NCBI GenBank assembly: GCA_002189035.1
Contig: NEEC01000019.1
Span: 930,001-994,000 of the forward strand
Length of the DNA: 64,000 nt
Origin: Utricularia gibba
Lineage: Eukaryota > Plantae > Magnoliophyta
Reading direction: 5' to 3'
The first letter of the stretch is position 1. Each line of letters begins with the position of its first letter. The translations under genes and the position numbers were made by a program. Below, piece after piece: positions 37,501 through 50,953 of this stretch. The notes beneath the pieces were generated by a model. The model saw only the letters and a list, made by a program, of their open reading frames with translations, ran no database searches and was not told the origin of the DNA.

Positions 37501-40355
37501 GAAACAGTCACACAAAATACTGAAAAGATCAAAACTGTGACACCCCACCAAAAATCCACTCTAGGGTTTCAACTGGGGCTCAAGGGAACAATTCCCAACA
37601 ACAACCCAGGCAACAAGAAACCATAAAAGACGCAAAATTGAAGGGCAAGGAGAGCAAAAACACATCCAGCGATTCCTCGCCGCTAGATCGCGAACCAGAA
37701 TATTGAAAGCATAGAGAGAGAAACAAGGGATCCAGGGACGGGTTCGTATAATTAATAAAAACACAAAATATGTGGAGATGATGGAATTAAAAGCAACGGA
37801 TGAACAGCAGTCAGAGTAACAATAAACCGAGTAGGAGGAGTAGGAGTCCATCTCGATCTTGATTCTTTCAAATTCCACCCTCCAAAAATTCCTTTTTTTC
37901 CCCATCAATTTCATATTGAAAAGTCTCAAATTTCACTAAAATTTCATCCTTGGCCGTCGTTTCTCATCCCCCACCCAAATCTTCGATCAGGCGTTCATTT
38001 GGATCTACTTACTTTAAAGGCATTATTTTTACTTCTAAAGGAACAGTTTTAACAGGCACCCGACTCCGACCCTGGGTATGGAACCCACTGTTGAGGTTGG
38101 AACTCACGCAAGTTGGGTTTGATTTCGAAAAAAAATCCAATTTTTGGGGTAGTCAACCCATGAATCCTAAGACGCTTTCAATCCTTTCCCTTTTTAGGAT
38201 ATGTGAGAAAATTCCTTGTTAGGTTTCTAAGATACAGACCATTAGAGATACAAAGCACCCCATGGGTTGGTTGTAAACTGCATATTCTTCCTATAATTTG
38301 GGGAAACACAGGGTGGGGGAAAGCCCATATGCTGTATGCTGGTGATTGCTTTTTAATGAAAGGTCGATGTGCTTAAGGTGTGTTTCTTTAGTATGAACTT
38401 CCATGGATGCACGGCCACCTACTCACCAACGTTGCTTAACTCACAGATGCTTCCTATGCTCTTCGGATGATCAAGCCTTCTCTGAAATGAGCAATTTTCC
38501 AGTTATTGTCAACTGACGTTGGAACACTGGGGGTCATATACATATATACACAGATGATGATGCTGATTGTTCAGCTCTCAAAAGCAAGCACTTTTCTCTA
38601 ACTTAAGATTACTTTCTCGAGTGAAAGTCATGAGCAACCCAGTACATATTCGAAAAAGCTCCAAAACTCCTTGCTGTAGTTAACCCTCTTTCTCCTCATC
38701 CCCACCTCCCTGGCCCTTTCCAGTGGCTTCCTTTTCCAACTGAGACTCTGGCCCATTGCCACCGTCCCAGAGCGGTGGGTGGCTCCTTCCTCAAGTGGGT
38801 AAGTGCCCGATCTATCCATCTCTTGAATGCCCAAAGATATCAGGCCGATAACTGATATCCCCTGCGACCCAAATCTGCCTCTTTCTTCAATCATAGCACA
38901 ATCCGCAGGCTTTTAACAGGCTTCCATTTCCCTGGCCTCCCTGGACACCAGTCGTGATCAAACACTTCCCGCCGTCCGATGAGCGGGATCGAATCCAACG
39001 GCGGCGTGGCTTTCGACCAGTCGTTGGGTTGGACAACGGTTAAATTGTTCATTCAATGTCTTTCCTAACTCCTTCAAACCCTATAAATGATTTAGCTGGG
39101 CGTTAAATGCCCAGACACAGGAAATATTTTTCAAAAAATAATTACAAAAACATTCAGATTCATCTACGGATATTTAATTAGTTTTTTATATATATTTAAA
39201 TCGTGCCCACTCAACATTCCCTTTTAAAAATAATAATTTAATAATTTAATACCCAGCATTTGGACATTCTTTTTCTTTTTTAATGTAGGTACTACGTTGG
39301 GTCTCGTGTCTTATTTCATTTTTAAAAAAACAAAACAATATTATTAAGAGGTACATTGTCAGAAATTGTCGACTTTAAATATTAATTTTGTATACATATG
39401 ATATACAATTTTTCCCACACAAAATATGGTGTGAAGTGGTGACGATTTTTTTTTTTTTTTTTCATATAAATACCAGACACCTAATTTTCTATGATTTAAA
39501 ATAAGAGACAATTTGACTATTGGATAAAACTCTTTGATATCGTTTGACGGGAGTATTTTAATTAATTATATTTTTTAATTATTTCTATTCAAATAAGCAT
39601 GTCTTATATGCATTCGAAGTCAAAATATGTTTGATACGCTAAATCTTAAAATATTATTATTATGTTTAAATAAAACCTATATTATATATAGGATATTATC
39701 TATTTTGAATATCTAATTTTTTATGATTTTATATTTACTTAGTACTTAGTCAGGAGAGGAACACCAATATCAAAATTCATACCAAAAAAAGATATGCTGT
39801 AATTCTACTAAATTTATTCTTTTACTCCGTCCGTAACTAGATTATTCTACTTATTAAAATTTATGAGACAAAAATGAGATGTAGCAGGAAAACTTTGTTG
39901 TGATGAGATTAGAATGAAGAATAGTTTGGAAGTCGATGAATTTATGTTGGGAGAATTTAATGAGTAGAAAAAGAAGACATGAATCTGGGGATGCATTTAT
40001 TTACGGGAATGTGGAAATTTAGGTGGCCCAATTTACTCCCCCACGGGTCCGGGTCCAGAACGGCAAATGCTCAACCGCCCGCTCAATCAATGAGGAACCG
40101 GCCGGCTATGAATGCGGACCGATGCCTTGCCTTTTCAGTCTCCCTGCCTTCTTCCCAATGCCCCCCCGCTTCCTGCACCATTCCTCTCTCTCTCACACAC
40201 ACACACACACCAATATTGGATAACCTTATTTTTTAATATTATTAATGATTACATAAATTTTGTTATCATAATTATTAGAAATAAATTACGTGACTTTTCT
40301 TATTAATCATATGAAAAAGATAAATTATTAATTCAATAATTTTTTGAATTAATTC

Positions 40356-40666
40356 TGTTTAATTTTTGAAAATTTTAATATTTAATCATTCTTTAATAAA
40401 ATCGTAAATTTCAATTCTATGATTGACTTAAAAAATTGTTAAAGTTATTGAATCTATGTTTTGGTGATTGAATAAGATATTAATTAAGAAATATAATATT
40501 TACTTTTTATCTATTTTAAAAATATGTTTATATTATAATATTCAATTATTGTATAATTTAATATTATAATATACATATATTTTTATAATATCAAATTGAT
40601 TCTATTCAAATAATCAAAATTGATTTTATTCTACATAATTTGAAGCATAATTATATCTATTAAACA
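40356..40666. mobile_element. Degenerate AT-rich MITE-like element, copy 2
   Basis: Starts (TTC)TGTTTAATTTTTGAA and ends AAAATTGATT..TACATAAT..ATTAAACA, like 16526-16860. Confidence 0.55.
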
Positions 40667-41027
40667 TGATGTTGTTTTTATTATACAACATATTAAAGAA
40701 CATATTTTTAATTTTAATATTTTTTGTATTTAAATATATTATTAATTAAACTCATTTGAGAATAATTGTGATAGAATGACGTGGATAATGGTTGTAAATC
40801 GATTAATTAATTAATCTATTGTTAGGTATTATTTTATTTTTAAAAAATAAAAAATAAATATTGGGAATTGTTTGAATTCGAATATTTGCAAAGGGAAGGA
40901 AATGGCGTGTCGGTCTCTGTCTATTTAGTGCTGCATTTTCAAGGTTCAGAATCATGTCTGCTGTCTGATCTGCGCCGCTCCACAATCATTCTCTCTCCTA
41001 CCAACGCTCCGCCGCCGGCTGGAGAAG

Positions 41028-44000
41028 ATGTTGCCCTTCCTACCTCCTCCTCTTTCCCTCTCCTTCTTCCTCCTCTGCTCCGCCGCTGCGTTCGGTGTCT
41101 CTCTCAGCACTGAAACCGAAGGCTCCTTCCTACTACAAGCCAAGCTCGGCTTCGACGATCCCAGTGGAGTTCTGTCCAATTGGAACCCCGCCGACCAATC
41201 GCCCTGCGCCTGGAATGGAGTTGTTTGCGATGCGTCTTCTGGCGCCGTTGTGTCACTCGACCTCTCCAGTTCTAACCTCTCCGGTCCATTTCCGGCCGCC
41301 GTCTGCAACCTCAAACACTTGACCTACATTTCTCTCTACGACAACTTCATCAACTCCTCTCTTGCATCGGATTCTATCGCTATGTGTCAATCTCTGGAGC
41401 ATCTCGATCTATCGCAGAACTACTTGGTCGGGGATCTCCCGGCGACGCTCGCCGATCTGCCTAACCTGAAGTATCTTGATTTAACGGGGAATAACATTTC
41501 CGGTGCCATACCTGAGAGTTTTGGAGCATTCAGGAAGCTCGAGGTGCTCTCGCTGGTTGAGAATTTACTCGACGGGACGATTCCGTCGTTTCTTGGAAAC
41601 GTTTCTACGCTTAAACAACTGAATCTGTCGTACAATCCATTTTCCCCTGGTCAGATTCCGCCGGAGCTCGGGAATCTCACTAATCTCGAGGTACTGTGGC
41701 TGACGGCGACTAATGTTGTCGGTGAGATACCGGATTCGCTCGGCAGGCTGCGGCGGCTGACAGACTTGGATTTGGCTTACAATTCCTTAACAGGTCCGAT
41801 TCCGAATTCGCTCACGCAGTTAACCAGCGTCGTTCAGTTGGAGCTCTTCAACAATTCTTTAACCGGAGAGATTCCGATGACTGGCTGGTCCAATATGACG
41901 ATGTTACGCCGGCTTGACGCGTCAATGAACTCCTTGTCCGGCCCTATTCCGCCAGAATTGTGCGAGTTGCCTCTAGAATCTCTTAACCTTTACCAGAACA
42001 ATCTCCGGGGATCGCTGCCTATCTCCATTGCTAAGTCTCCCAACTTGTATGAGCTGAGGATTTTTCAGAATCAGCTTTCCGGCACGTTACCTCCTGATCT
42101 CGGCAAAAACTCGCCGTTACGCTGGATTGACGTTTCAACGAACAATTTCTCCGGCGCCATTCCTGAACCCCTCTGTTCTAAAGGCGCCCTTGAAGAGTTG
42201 CTGTTAATTGAAAATTCATTTTCCGGCGGGATTCCTTCGGCGTTGGCGGAATGCAAGAGCTTACTACGCATAAGATTAACCCACAATAAGTTCTCCGGTG
42301 AGGTCCCCGCCGGGTTTTGGGGACTCCCCCATGTTTCTCTGATTGAACTCTCCGGAAACTCGTTTTCCGGCGGAATTTCAAAATTCATCTCCCGAGCTGC
42401 CAACTTGTCGCAGCTGAGCTTATCGCAGAATAACTTCTCCGGCAGTCTCCCGGAGGAGATTGGTTTTCTCAATAACCTCATGGAGATATCTCTCGACGGA
42501 AACAAATTCTCTGGGCCTTTACCGATCAGCATTACCAATCTTTTGCAGCTGGTGAAGCTTGATCTTCATGATAACCAACTGTCAGGTACAATTCCAAACG
42601 GGATTCGTTCTTGGAAAAGGCTGAATGACTTGAATTTAGCAAACAATCATTTCTCCGGGCCTCTTCCAACCGAAATCGGAGATCTGCCTGTTCTCAACTA
42701 CCTTGATTTGTCAAGAAACCAGTTTCACGGCCAAATTCCGATGGCCCTACAGAACCTGAAGCTCAACAGTCTCAACCTGTCCTACAATCTTCTCTCCGGC
42801 GTCACTCCGCCGCTGTTCTCCAAGAGCATGTACAAAGACAGCTTTCTGGGCAACCCAGGATTATGCGGTGATGTGGAAAGGCCATGCTTCAAAAAGATGG
42901 GATATCTATGGCTAATAAGAGGCGTCTACGTAATTGCAGCGCTGGTGCTTGTGGTTGCTCTAGTGTGGCTCACCCTGAACTTCAGAAGGATCCTGCATCG
43001 GCACCGGAAGTTCGATTTATCGAAATGGAAGCTCATGTCGTTCCACAAGCTGGGTTTCAGCGAGGACGAGATTCTGAACGCCTTAGACGAAGACAATGTC
43101 ATCGGGATCGGTTCCTCAGGGAAGGTGTACAAGGTGGTTCTGAGCAACGGCGGTACAGTTGCAGTGAAAAAGCTCTTCAGCCGCCTGAAATCCGGCGACC
43201 AAGGTTGTGATATAGAAAAGGGGACCGCCCGGGACGGTGGGTTCGACGCAGAAGTGGAGACTCTGGGCAAGATTAGACACAAGAACATAGTGAAGCTCTG
43301 GTGCTGCTGCACCGCAAAAGACTGCAAGCTTCTGGTGTACGAGTACATGCCCAACGGCAGCCTGGGAGCTCTGCTTCACAGCACCAAGAGCGGCCTGTTG
43401 ACATGGCCGATGAGATTCAAGATCGCTTTGGACGCCGCCGAGGGCCTCGCCTACCTCCACCACGATTCCTCGCCGCCGATCCTTCACCGAGACGTCAAAT
43501 CGGACAACATCTTACTGGATGCAGATTACGGCGCCAAAGTTGCAGACTTTGGGGTCGCCAAATCTGTCGATTCAAACTCAAGCGACGTCGATGCAGAGGC
43601 CATGTCCGTCATAGCTGGTTCTTGCGGATACATAGCTCCCGGTAAGTAAAAAAAACTCTGCTCTGTTACTGACTCCGGCGTCACCCACTCTAACCCCGTC
43701 GCGTCTGATGCCTCCAGAGTACGGATACACGCTCCGGGTGAACGAGAAGAGCGACATATACAGCTTCGGGTGGTGATTCTGGAGCTGGTGAGCGGGAAGC
43801 CCGCCGTGGACCCTGAGTTCGGGGAGAAGGATTTGGTGAAGTGGATCTGCACGGTGTTGGATCAGAAGGACGTAGACCACGTCATCGACCCGAAGCTGGA
43901 TCCCTGTTTCAAGGACGAGATATGCCAAGTCCTCAACGTGGGGATTCTCTGCACCAGCCCCCTGCCCATCAACCGCCCCTCCATGCGGCGAGTCGTCAAG

Positions 44001-44096
44001 ATGCTGCAAGTCATCGGCGGCCGGAGGCCCACCGGAAGGGACGCGAAGCTGGTGCCCTACTACTACGAAGACTCAGATACTGCCAGCGTGGCGTGA
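41028..44096 (+). CDS. HSL1: LRR receptor-like kinase HAESA-LIKE 1; exons 41028-43641, 43718-44096
   Basis: Signal peptide, ~20 LRRs, TM, KWKLMSFHKLGFSEDEI, HKNIVKLWCCC, HRDVKSDNILLD, MSVIAGSCGYIAP/EYGYTLRVNEKSDIYSFG and RPSMRRVVKMLQ. Single intron at the conserved kinase position. Confidence 0.93.
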
Positions 44097-45118
44097 ACAG
44101 GGAGATTTTTCGGGGTTAATGCCAAGAAATGTAAATTGTAATTTTCCAATCTAATCAACACCTAATTCCCTTGAATTTCAATTTTTAAAACAATTGAAAA
44201 ACATTTTTTTGAATGAAATCGAGTGTTTATTTTAATGGACACATTGTTTTATAAATTGGATTAAATTGAAAATTATATTAAATTCAATTTGAACTTATAA
44301 TTTTTTAGATTCAATTTACTAAATTGATAAAAAAAATTCTAAAAGTTTAAAAGTTATTGTAAGGCATAATAGATTACTTTATATTAAAAAAGCATGTTAA
44401 TCATATATTTTATGAGAATTGATATTTAATGTCATGAATTTTGATATTCAAAGAAATTTTTTATTTAAGATTTTACTTGTGATAAAACACAAACTCACAT
44501 ATTAGATAAACTTACTGACTATAATATTATTTTTATTTTTAATTTTTTTATTTGAATAATATATTATGAATCTTTGATTATACATATATAATTATAAAAC
44601 GCCCGTGCCTTTTATATAATTTTAAAAAAGTTTTTAAGTAAATAAAAAATTTTACAAAATTTATTCAATTATTTATTTAAATTTTTATTCATGTGGGGGG
44701 AGGAGTAGAGAAGACCATTTATGGATGTGTCCATATTGGCGTCAATTTAATGATTTTGCACGAGTAGCGCGTGCCTGACCGTGGGGCCCGGTCACGCGAG
44801 TCCTCATGTCTGCATTCAATACTCAATTCCTAGGTTTTAAAAAATACTCTTTTTTTATTTTTTTATTTTTTTGATAATTTTAATCCAATAATAAATCTCA
44901 ATACAAAAATAAAGAATCATGCATATTCGTTAATCTCAATAAAATTAATTTTTTAAATGATTTCAAGAATTTGGAATTGCAAATATAAATCACGTAATAT
45001 TATTACGTTATTTGATGAATTCGAGTTCTAAGAATTAACGCACTGTTGAAATAAATTATGGAGTCTTTGAAATTAGATCAATAAATTAATTAAGTCGTCG
45101 ATTTTTTAAAATACAATA

Positions 45119-45142
45119 TAATAATAATAATAATAATAATAA
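45119..45142. repeat. (TAA)n microsatellite
   Basis: About 8 tandem ATA/TAA units read directly. Confidence 0.85.
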
Positions 45143-45150
45143 CTACATAA

Positions 45151-45305
45151 TTGGGCCAAGAAGGGGGGATGCAGACATAATAGGTTGGGCCCATAAAACC
45201 AGATATGGGCCCAATTGACGTTAGGCAACACAAACGAACGGATCACATCCGTACAACCCTAAAATCTGCTCAAAAAAAAAAAAAAAAAAAACTAACACCC
45301 TAAAA
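45151..45305. promoter_or_regulatory. Site II (TGGGCC) cluster followed by telo-box-like AACCCTAA, between two convergent gene ends
   Basis: TGGGCC at 45152, 45186 and 45206; AACCCTAA at 45255-45262; ACACCCTAAA at about 45295. Confidence 0.45.
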
Positions 45306-45367
45306 TAAATCCTCAAAAGCCGTACGACCAGGAGGTGAAACTCAGTACTCACTCACAGTCGCAGACA

Positions 45368-48300
45368 TCACTTGCTGAGGATGTACTTCTCAATGAGAGC
45401 AAGAAGCTCGTTCTTCGATATATTCTTCTTCCAGACCTCCCCCACACCATTGCTTGCCAGGACTCCCTTGAGTTGATCCCTCGTCAGTTTGGTGTACTCC
45501 TCCATGCTGTTATGGTGCTGGCTATCCATCTGCATGTCGATCCTTGAGACCGAGACTCCGTCCTCTGGGAAGCCCGTGTTGTTCTTGGACCTCTTGGCCT
45601 CCCTGGGAGGCCTTGCATTTGGATCACTGTCCTGCACTGAATCCGTGCCCGCTTCATATTCACTTGTCCTTCCTCGCTTAGCATGCGAAGCCGATCTCAC
45701 TCTGCCGTCCATTGCCGTTTTGTCTCCATAGCGAAGGGTGTTCAGCTCATGGGAGAGTTGATCTACCTGCCCCTGAGTGGCTTGCAGCTGGACGGAGAGT
45801 TCCTCGGCTCGTTTGCTGGCGTTGGCGTGTGCAGTTCGTTCACTCTCCAGTAGTTTCTCAAGTATTTCAACTGTGTTTCTTCTCTGGCTGCTGTTTGACT
45901 CGAGGAGGGAGTCGAGTTCTTGTTCCTTCTCCCTAAGACGCTCCTCGAGCATTTGTACTTTAGACAAGGCATCCCCTTCAGACACTCTGTGACGCTGGAC
46001 TTCGTTCATCAAGTCAAGCTTTTGCCTCTCCAAAGCCTCTGCTTGTCTCTCAGCTCTCTCAATTTGGGCTAGTCTCTCCATTGCGACCCGCTGAAGGTCG
46101 CTTTTCTCCTTCTGCGCAGAGGAAGCTTCAGCTCTGGCCACATCAGCCAGCTCTGTAGCTCTCTTAGCTTCTTTCTCAGCAACTTTACACCTTTCCTGGA
46201 GTTCCGCAAATCTGTTGAATTGATCTTGATACGTGTGTTCAAGGTGTGCCTTTTCCTGTTCAACGATCCTAACTTTGTTTTCAGCAGAAACCGCCACAGC
46301 AGTTGAATTCTCAACCTTCTCAACCAAATTCTTAATTTCCGACTTCAAAGTTGATGTCTCTTGATCATAACTCTTAATCTTGGACTCGGCCGCCTGAAAA
46401 CAATGCGAGGGAGATGGGTGTGGGAAAATGGTTAGCAGTGACATTCCCCAATACCCAGATCAACTGGAAACTTGAAATACGGAGAAGTATATTCATATGC
46501 AGTCCCTCACAAGGCATGCCACTTCCACACCCCACGAAGCCACCCAGATTGGTAGTTCATGCTCCCACAAATCACATCAAGAATAAAAGAAGACGAAGTT
46601 TGATGACTGCAAAAATCATGATTTAAAGCACATAGGTTTCAGTATTGTGCACTGACCTTCATTTCCAAACTCAGAGTTGTCAAACGCTGCTCAACTTGCT
46701 CCAGTCTTGCAGCCTTTTCCATTAGTTCTACCTCCTGAAGATAGGAGGTTCACGTTTAAAAAAAAAAAGATCTTTAGGCATGAAAATTGTAGGAGATATT
46801 TCCCACCTTTTGGGCAAGAGAATCAGCAAATTCCGCCCTTAGAGCAGCTTCTTTCGATTGTGTTTGGTAGTTTAGGCGTTCTTGGATTGAATTAGCATTC
46901 TCCAAAGCGTTTTTCGCTTCTCTTGCAGCAAATTCATACTTACGCTTCCACTCTTCCACATCCTCTTGTGCAGATTTGGCTTTCTCCTGCGACGCTGCTA
47001 GCCTTGCTTCAGCAGCTGAAACTTTGGATCTTAGCATTGCAACTTCAGCACTAGACCGCTCTTCGTCAGCCTTTTGCTTTGACAACCCAAACTCATACTT
47101 CCTTTTCCATTCCAAGGACTCTTGCTTTGCTGAATCCAGAGCTTTGGATAATGTAGAACATTTCTCTTCCAAAGGACTATATTTGTTCTGCAGATTGGTG
47201 ATGCGACTTGTAAAATCATCTGCAAGCTTTTTCTTTTCGTTGGTAGCATCCTCAAAGCGTTTGATGTATTCTGATTTATACTTCTCACTGGCCTCCAGCT
47301 GCTTGTTAAGCAAGGCCATTTTGTCTTCAGCTAACCGACATTTCAAGGCAATTGAATTCTTTTCTGTTCCCATCTGATCTATTTGCCTCTTGATTAAGTC
47401 AAGAATGGGACCTTCAAGACTGGAAGCAATACAAAAAATGGAATGAAATCTTGGAAGAAATTTTTTTCCTTTTTCTTCGTTAAAAACTAAAATGCCAAGT
47501 CAGATTCAACACAAACCTTTGCTGCAAAAAGAGGAACGCCTTATGCCACTTCTCAGGTCCTTGGCATGTGGTATCATACTTCAACAAAAGTTCATCCAGA
47601 ACCTATATGGACCGTCTGATCAGTTTTTAAATGATACTGAATTCAAAGTGTAAAATCCTGGAGTTTTTCAGGAAGAAAAACTATACACGGAAAGCAGACT
47701 TGCCTTCACAACAGAGTCTATTTTTGCATCGGGAGCATGACAAGCCAATCTGAGATCCCTACCCATATTTTCTATGGTATTTGCACATTTCGTATTTGCC
47801 TCAGCAAAAGAGTCTTTTTTGATATCCTAAACGCAAAATGCATACATGGACGATCAGTAATAATACAAGCACTGATGTTTAAAAACTCTTAACTAAATGG
47901 AGCATCACATAATGGACATGTTTGGGTACTGAATCAAGAGTCATACTACAGTTCACGCAGCCAATATAGATATTGTTGAAGGAATAGTAGAAAGCATACC
48001 TCAAAAGCTTTTTTAAAGAAACCCTGGAGACGTTTTTCATACTTTTGCCTAGTTGAACCTGACCCCACAGCTGTTTCATTAAAAAGAGCCATGGATTTCT
48101 GAACTGCATCTTCATGTGCCTCTCTTAGTGCAGCCTAAGTGGCTAATTTTATTAGCAAAATACATAAAATTAGACAAAAAACCAACGCTACAATAATGAT
48201 TGCATACTTCTTCTGGTGGCCTTGAACGGTCAAAGGAAGACATGTAAGCTTCAGAACCCATTTCATAAGCTCTTTGACACTCTGCTTCCTCAACACTCTG

Positions 48301-50342
48301 GAATAACAAACGTCGCAACAACAATGTTAAATGTCAGAAATTTCAAAGATCAAATCACCAGGAGGGCACAATCAGTTGCGATGAGATGTACAAGTTCTAA
48401 AGAAGATATTGTTCAAGTTTTTTAGTTTATTCGACCCCCCTTTTTTGGCTTTATGGACGCTGCTGCAAAGGAAGATCCTAAGAATTACCATACAAAAATT
48501 GCACAAAAAATGAAAAAAAGGTGGAAATACAGCATAACAAAACGTAATAAAATTAGGCAAACAATGTTAACCATCACACAAACCTGCCAAGACGAAGTTA
48601 TTGTAGGCACCGCCCCATTATTAAGGGCATCCAGAAATGATTGTGTTATACGAGCTAGAATGGGACCCGTCATTGCTGTTGCGCCCATTTGCTTCGGTTT
48701 CGCCCTCTCAAAAACAAACTTAGTCAAAGCATCTAAACCTGATTTGAACTCAGGTCTCAGTTTTTCCAACTGCACAGTAAAGGCTTTTTAAGAAAAACTA
48801 AACAGAAGAAACGAGGAGAAAATGAAACCAGAGGGAAAGCATAGACTGACAATGCAAAAGCACTTTAAGCAGCAACTTACAGGAATTTGATCAAGACGTT
48901 GAAGCTCATTCTCATTGCTGAGAGGCCGTACGAGAGTATAGCATTCTCTATCAGGAAAAAGTGTCCGGATGGAGTCTCTAATCTAGAAAACGTTTTGAGT
49001 AAAATAGGAATAAATCTTATATAATGCAGAATAATCTTCTATGTGCTAACTAACATAGATATACCTTTAAAAGTTAAATAAAAAAAACCTCCCCATAAAT
49101 GTAGAAATTAAAAGATGATCACCTCATTCTTGGCAGCTACATCTCTCCCACCTCCATGAACTGGCCTTAACGCAAGCTCCAGATACTCACGTGGAGTAAT
49201 TTTATGATTATCCTCCTCTAGGTCTAAATAAAAGTCCTGCATCATGATGCATTTTCCAATTGACGTGTGCAAGGTAAGACACAGAAAATAAATAAAAAAG
49301 TCTAAGGATTAAAAAGATAGCCTTCAGAAATTACCCTAAGAAGCCAGACAAAGATTGGAGAGTATTGCCCGAGCTCTGATGCTGAACTTCTGCCGCCAGA
49401 AGCTCTAACACGAATATGCTTGGTCATCTCAGTCACAAGAGAGAGACGATCTAGTGCAGCCTCATCAATTCCCCCCATCTAGATTTCCAAAAGAAATAAA
49501 TAATTCTGCATACTAATTGCATCGCGAAGACATTGACGCAAAATGAGAAAGCAGTCCATCACTGATAATGAAGTTTACCTGGTTGTATATGAACATACTT
49601 GACAAAAGAACAGCCAATGAAAATATCTGAGTGCTATAAGTTCCCTGTTAAAATATGATTTTATTGCCAACGGGACAAAATCAAATGTTGACACTTCAAT
49701 GATTTAGAAGGTTGAAAAAATCATGAAAATAGGCCGTACTGTTTGATCATAAGCATCTATTCCCTCGGAGTCCAAGAGCAAAAGGTTATATTCTGTCCCA
49801 TCAAGAGCGGTTCTTCTGATTGGGGAACTCCATAACCATAGGCCTTTTGTGCAGGGACGATGTGTTGCTGCCACTTGGAATCCACTGCTCCTTCCGAGAA
49901 GCTAATATATGAATCAAAAATTGATTATGAAAAAAATCAATGTAAACCAGTCTCTGAAACCCAAAAGAGCAAATCACGAATGCAATAAACCTTTTGAAAC
50001 TGAAGCATTTCCAGATGACCCCATCAAAGAATTACGCGAATTCACCAAAGATACCTGATTTAATATAAAGCTCTTCCCCTGACGAGCTCGACCACACACA
50101 GAAACCACGCCCACTGGCGCCTTAACCAATTGAAGCATAGCGACAGCCTCTGGATCCATATGAAAACGGCCCCTTTCATCAGTATAAACAAGGCGAATAG
50201 GCCGCGCAGGTCCAGCAGATACGTTTGATGAACCAACCGGAGGTGCACTGCTCGGTGATGACACAAACTTTGGAGCTTCTACTGGGGAACCTCTAAAGAA
50301 ATTCTTCATTCTCCCAAAAACCTCGCCTCCTTTATCACTCAT
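45368..50342 (-). CDS. GBPL3: Guanylate-binding protein-like GTPase with long coiled coil (GBPL3 type), multi-exon
   Basis: GPARPIRLVY..PVGVVSVCGRARQGKSFILNQ/LLGRSSGF (P-loop), CTKGLWLWS, LLLDSEGIDAYDQT, coiled-coil exons, and C-terminus EEYTKLTRDQLKGVL..KNELLALIEKYIL. Confidence 0.92.
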
Positions 50343-50751
50343 TTACAAAGATACCTACGCAACGAGAAGGGAAATCAGCAGAACTTTCAGAAAAAAAATC
50401 TCATTTTTGTCGAACAGAAACCGGCCCGTGGTTCCGAACTTTAACGAGATGAAAATGAAATGGAAGAGAAGCAAATTGAAACCAGAAAACTAAACCCCAC
50501 CAATTGAATAGAATTGAATTGAGCAAAGTAAATTTGACCCTGAAATGAAGTTCAAAGGATAAAGGAAACTCCGAGCCATCCGAGTTTCTAACCTGCCAGG
50601 GAACCGAAATGCGCAATCCCAGAAATCTCAGCGGAAGCACAGACTTGTTATTTCTTGGATTCCAAGGTTGAAGACAGGAGGGGGAAAAGAGTGCGCTAAC
50701 AGATTTTAATTTTGCCCATTTATTAATATCAATAATAATAATATTATTATT

Positions 50752-50834
50752 TGGGCCTAACAGAATACAACTTATATCAGAGAGCCCGCTTCACTTAGTT
50801 TACTGGGCCGGCCCATTAAAACAAAAATTGGGCT
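50752..50834. promoter_or_regulatory. Site II cluster (TGGGCY) in GBPL3 promoter
   Basis: TGGGCC at 50752 and 50804, GGCCCA at 50810, TGGGCT at 50829, upstream of the GBPL3 start. Confidence 0.55.
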
Positions 50835-50953
50835 TCATTGGAGAAAATTTGGAAAACTAGGGATCCAGTCCATTTTTAGACAAAGCTGAAAAATCGAAGG
50901 CAACAGCGTCATTTGTCTCCCGGCGGCCATACGGCGGCGCACCTTGTTGCCGA

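Noticed and set aside
38895-38940. KACGLC fragment suggesting an FLZ or GATA zinc finger
   Set aside because: Followed at once by a stop and lacks the other ligands; too weak to call a pseudogene.
39546-39834. Stowaway-like ends GACGGGAGTA (39546) and TACTCCGTCCGT (39823)
   Set aside because: They face outward and are short, so they cannot delimit one element; at most fragments.
42071-44119. Several 100-155 aa ORFs overlapping HSL1
   Set aside because: Shadow ORFs of a GC-rich LRR-kinase CDS.
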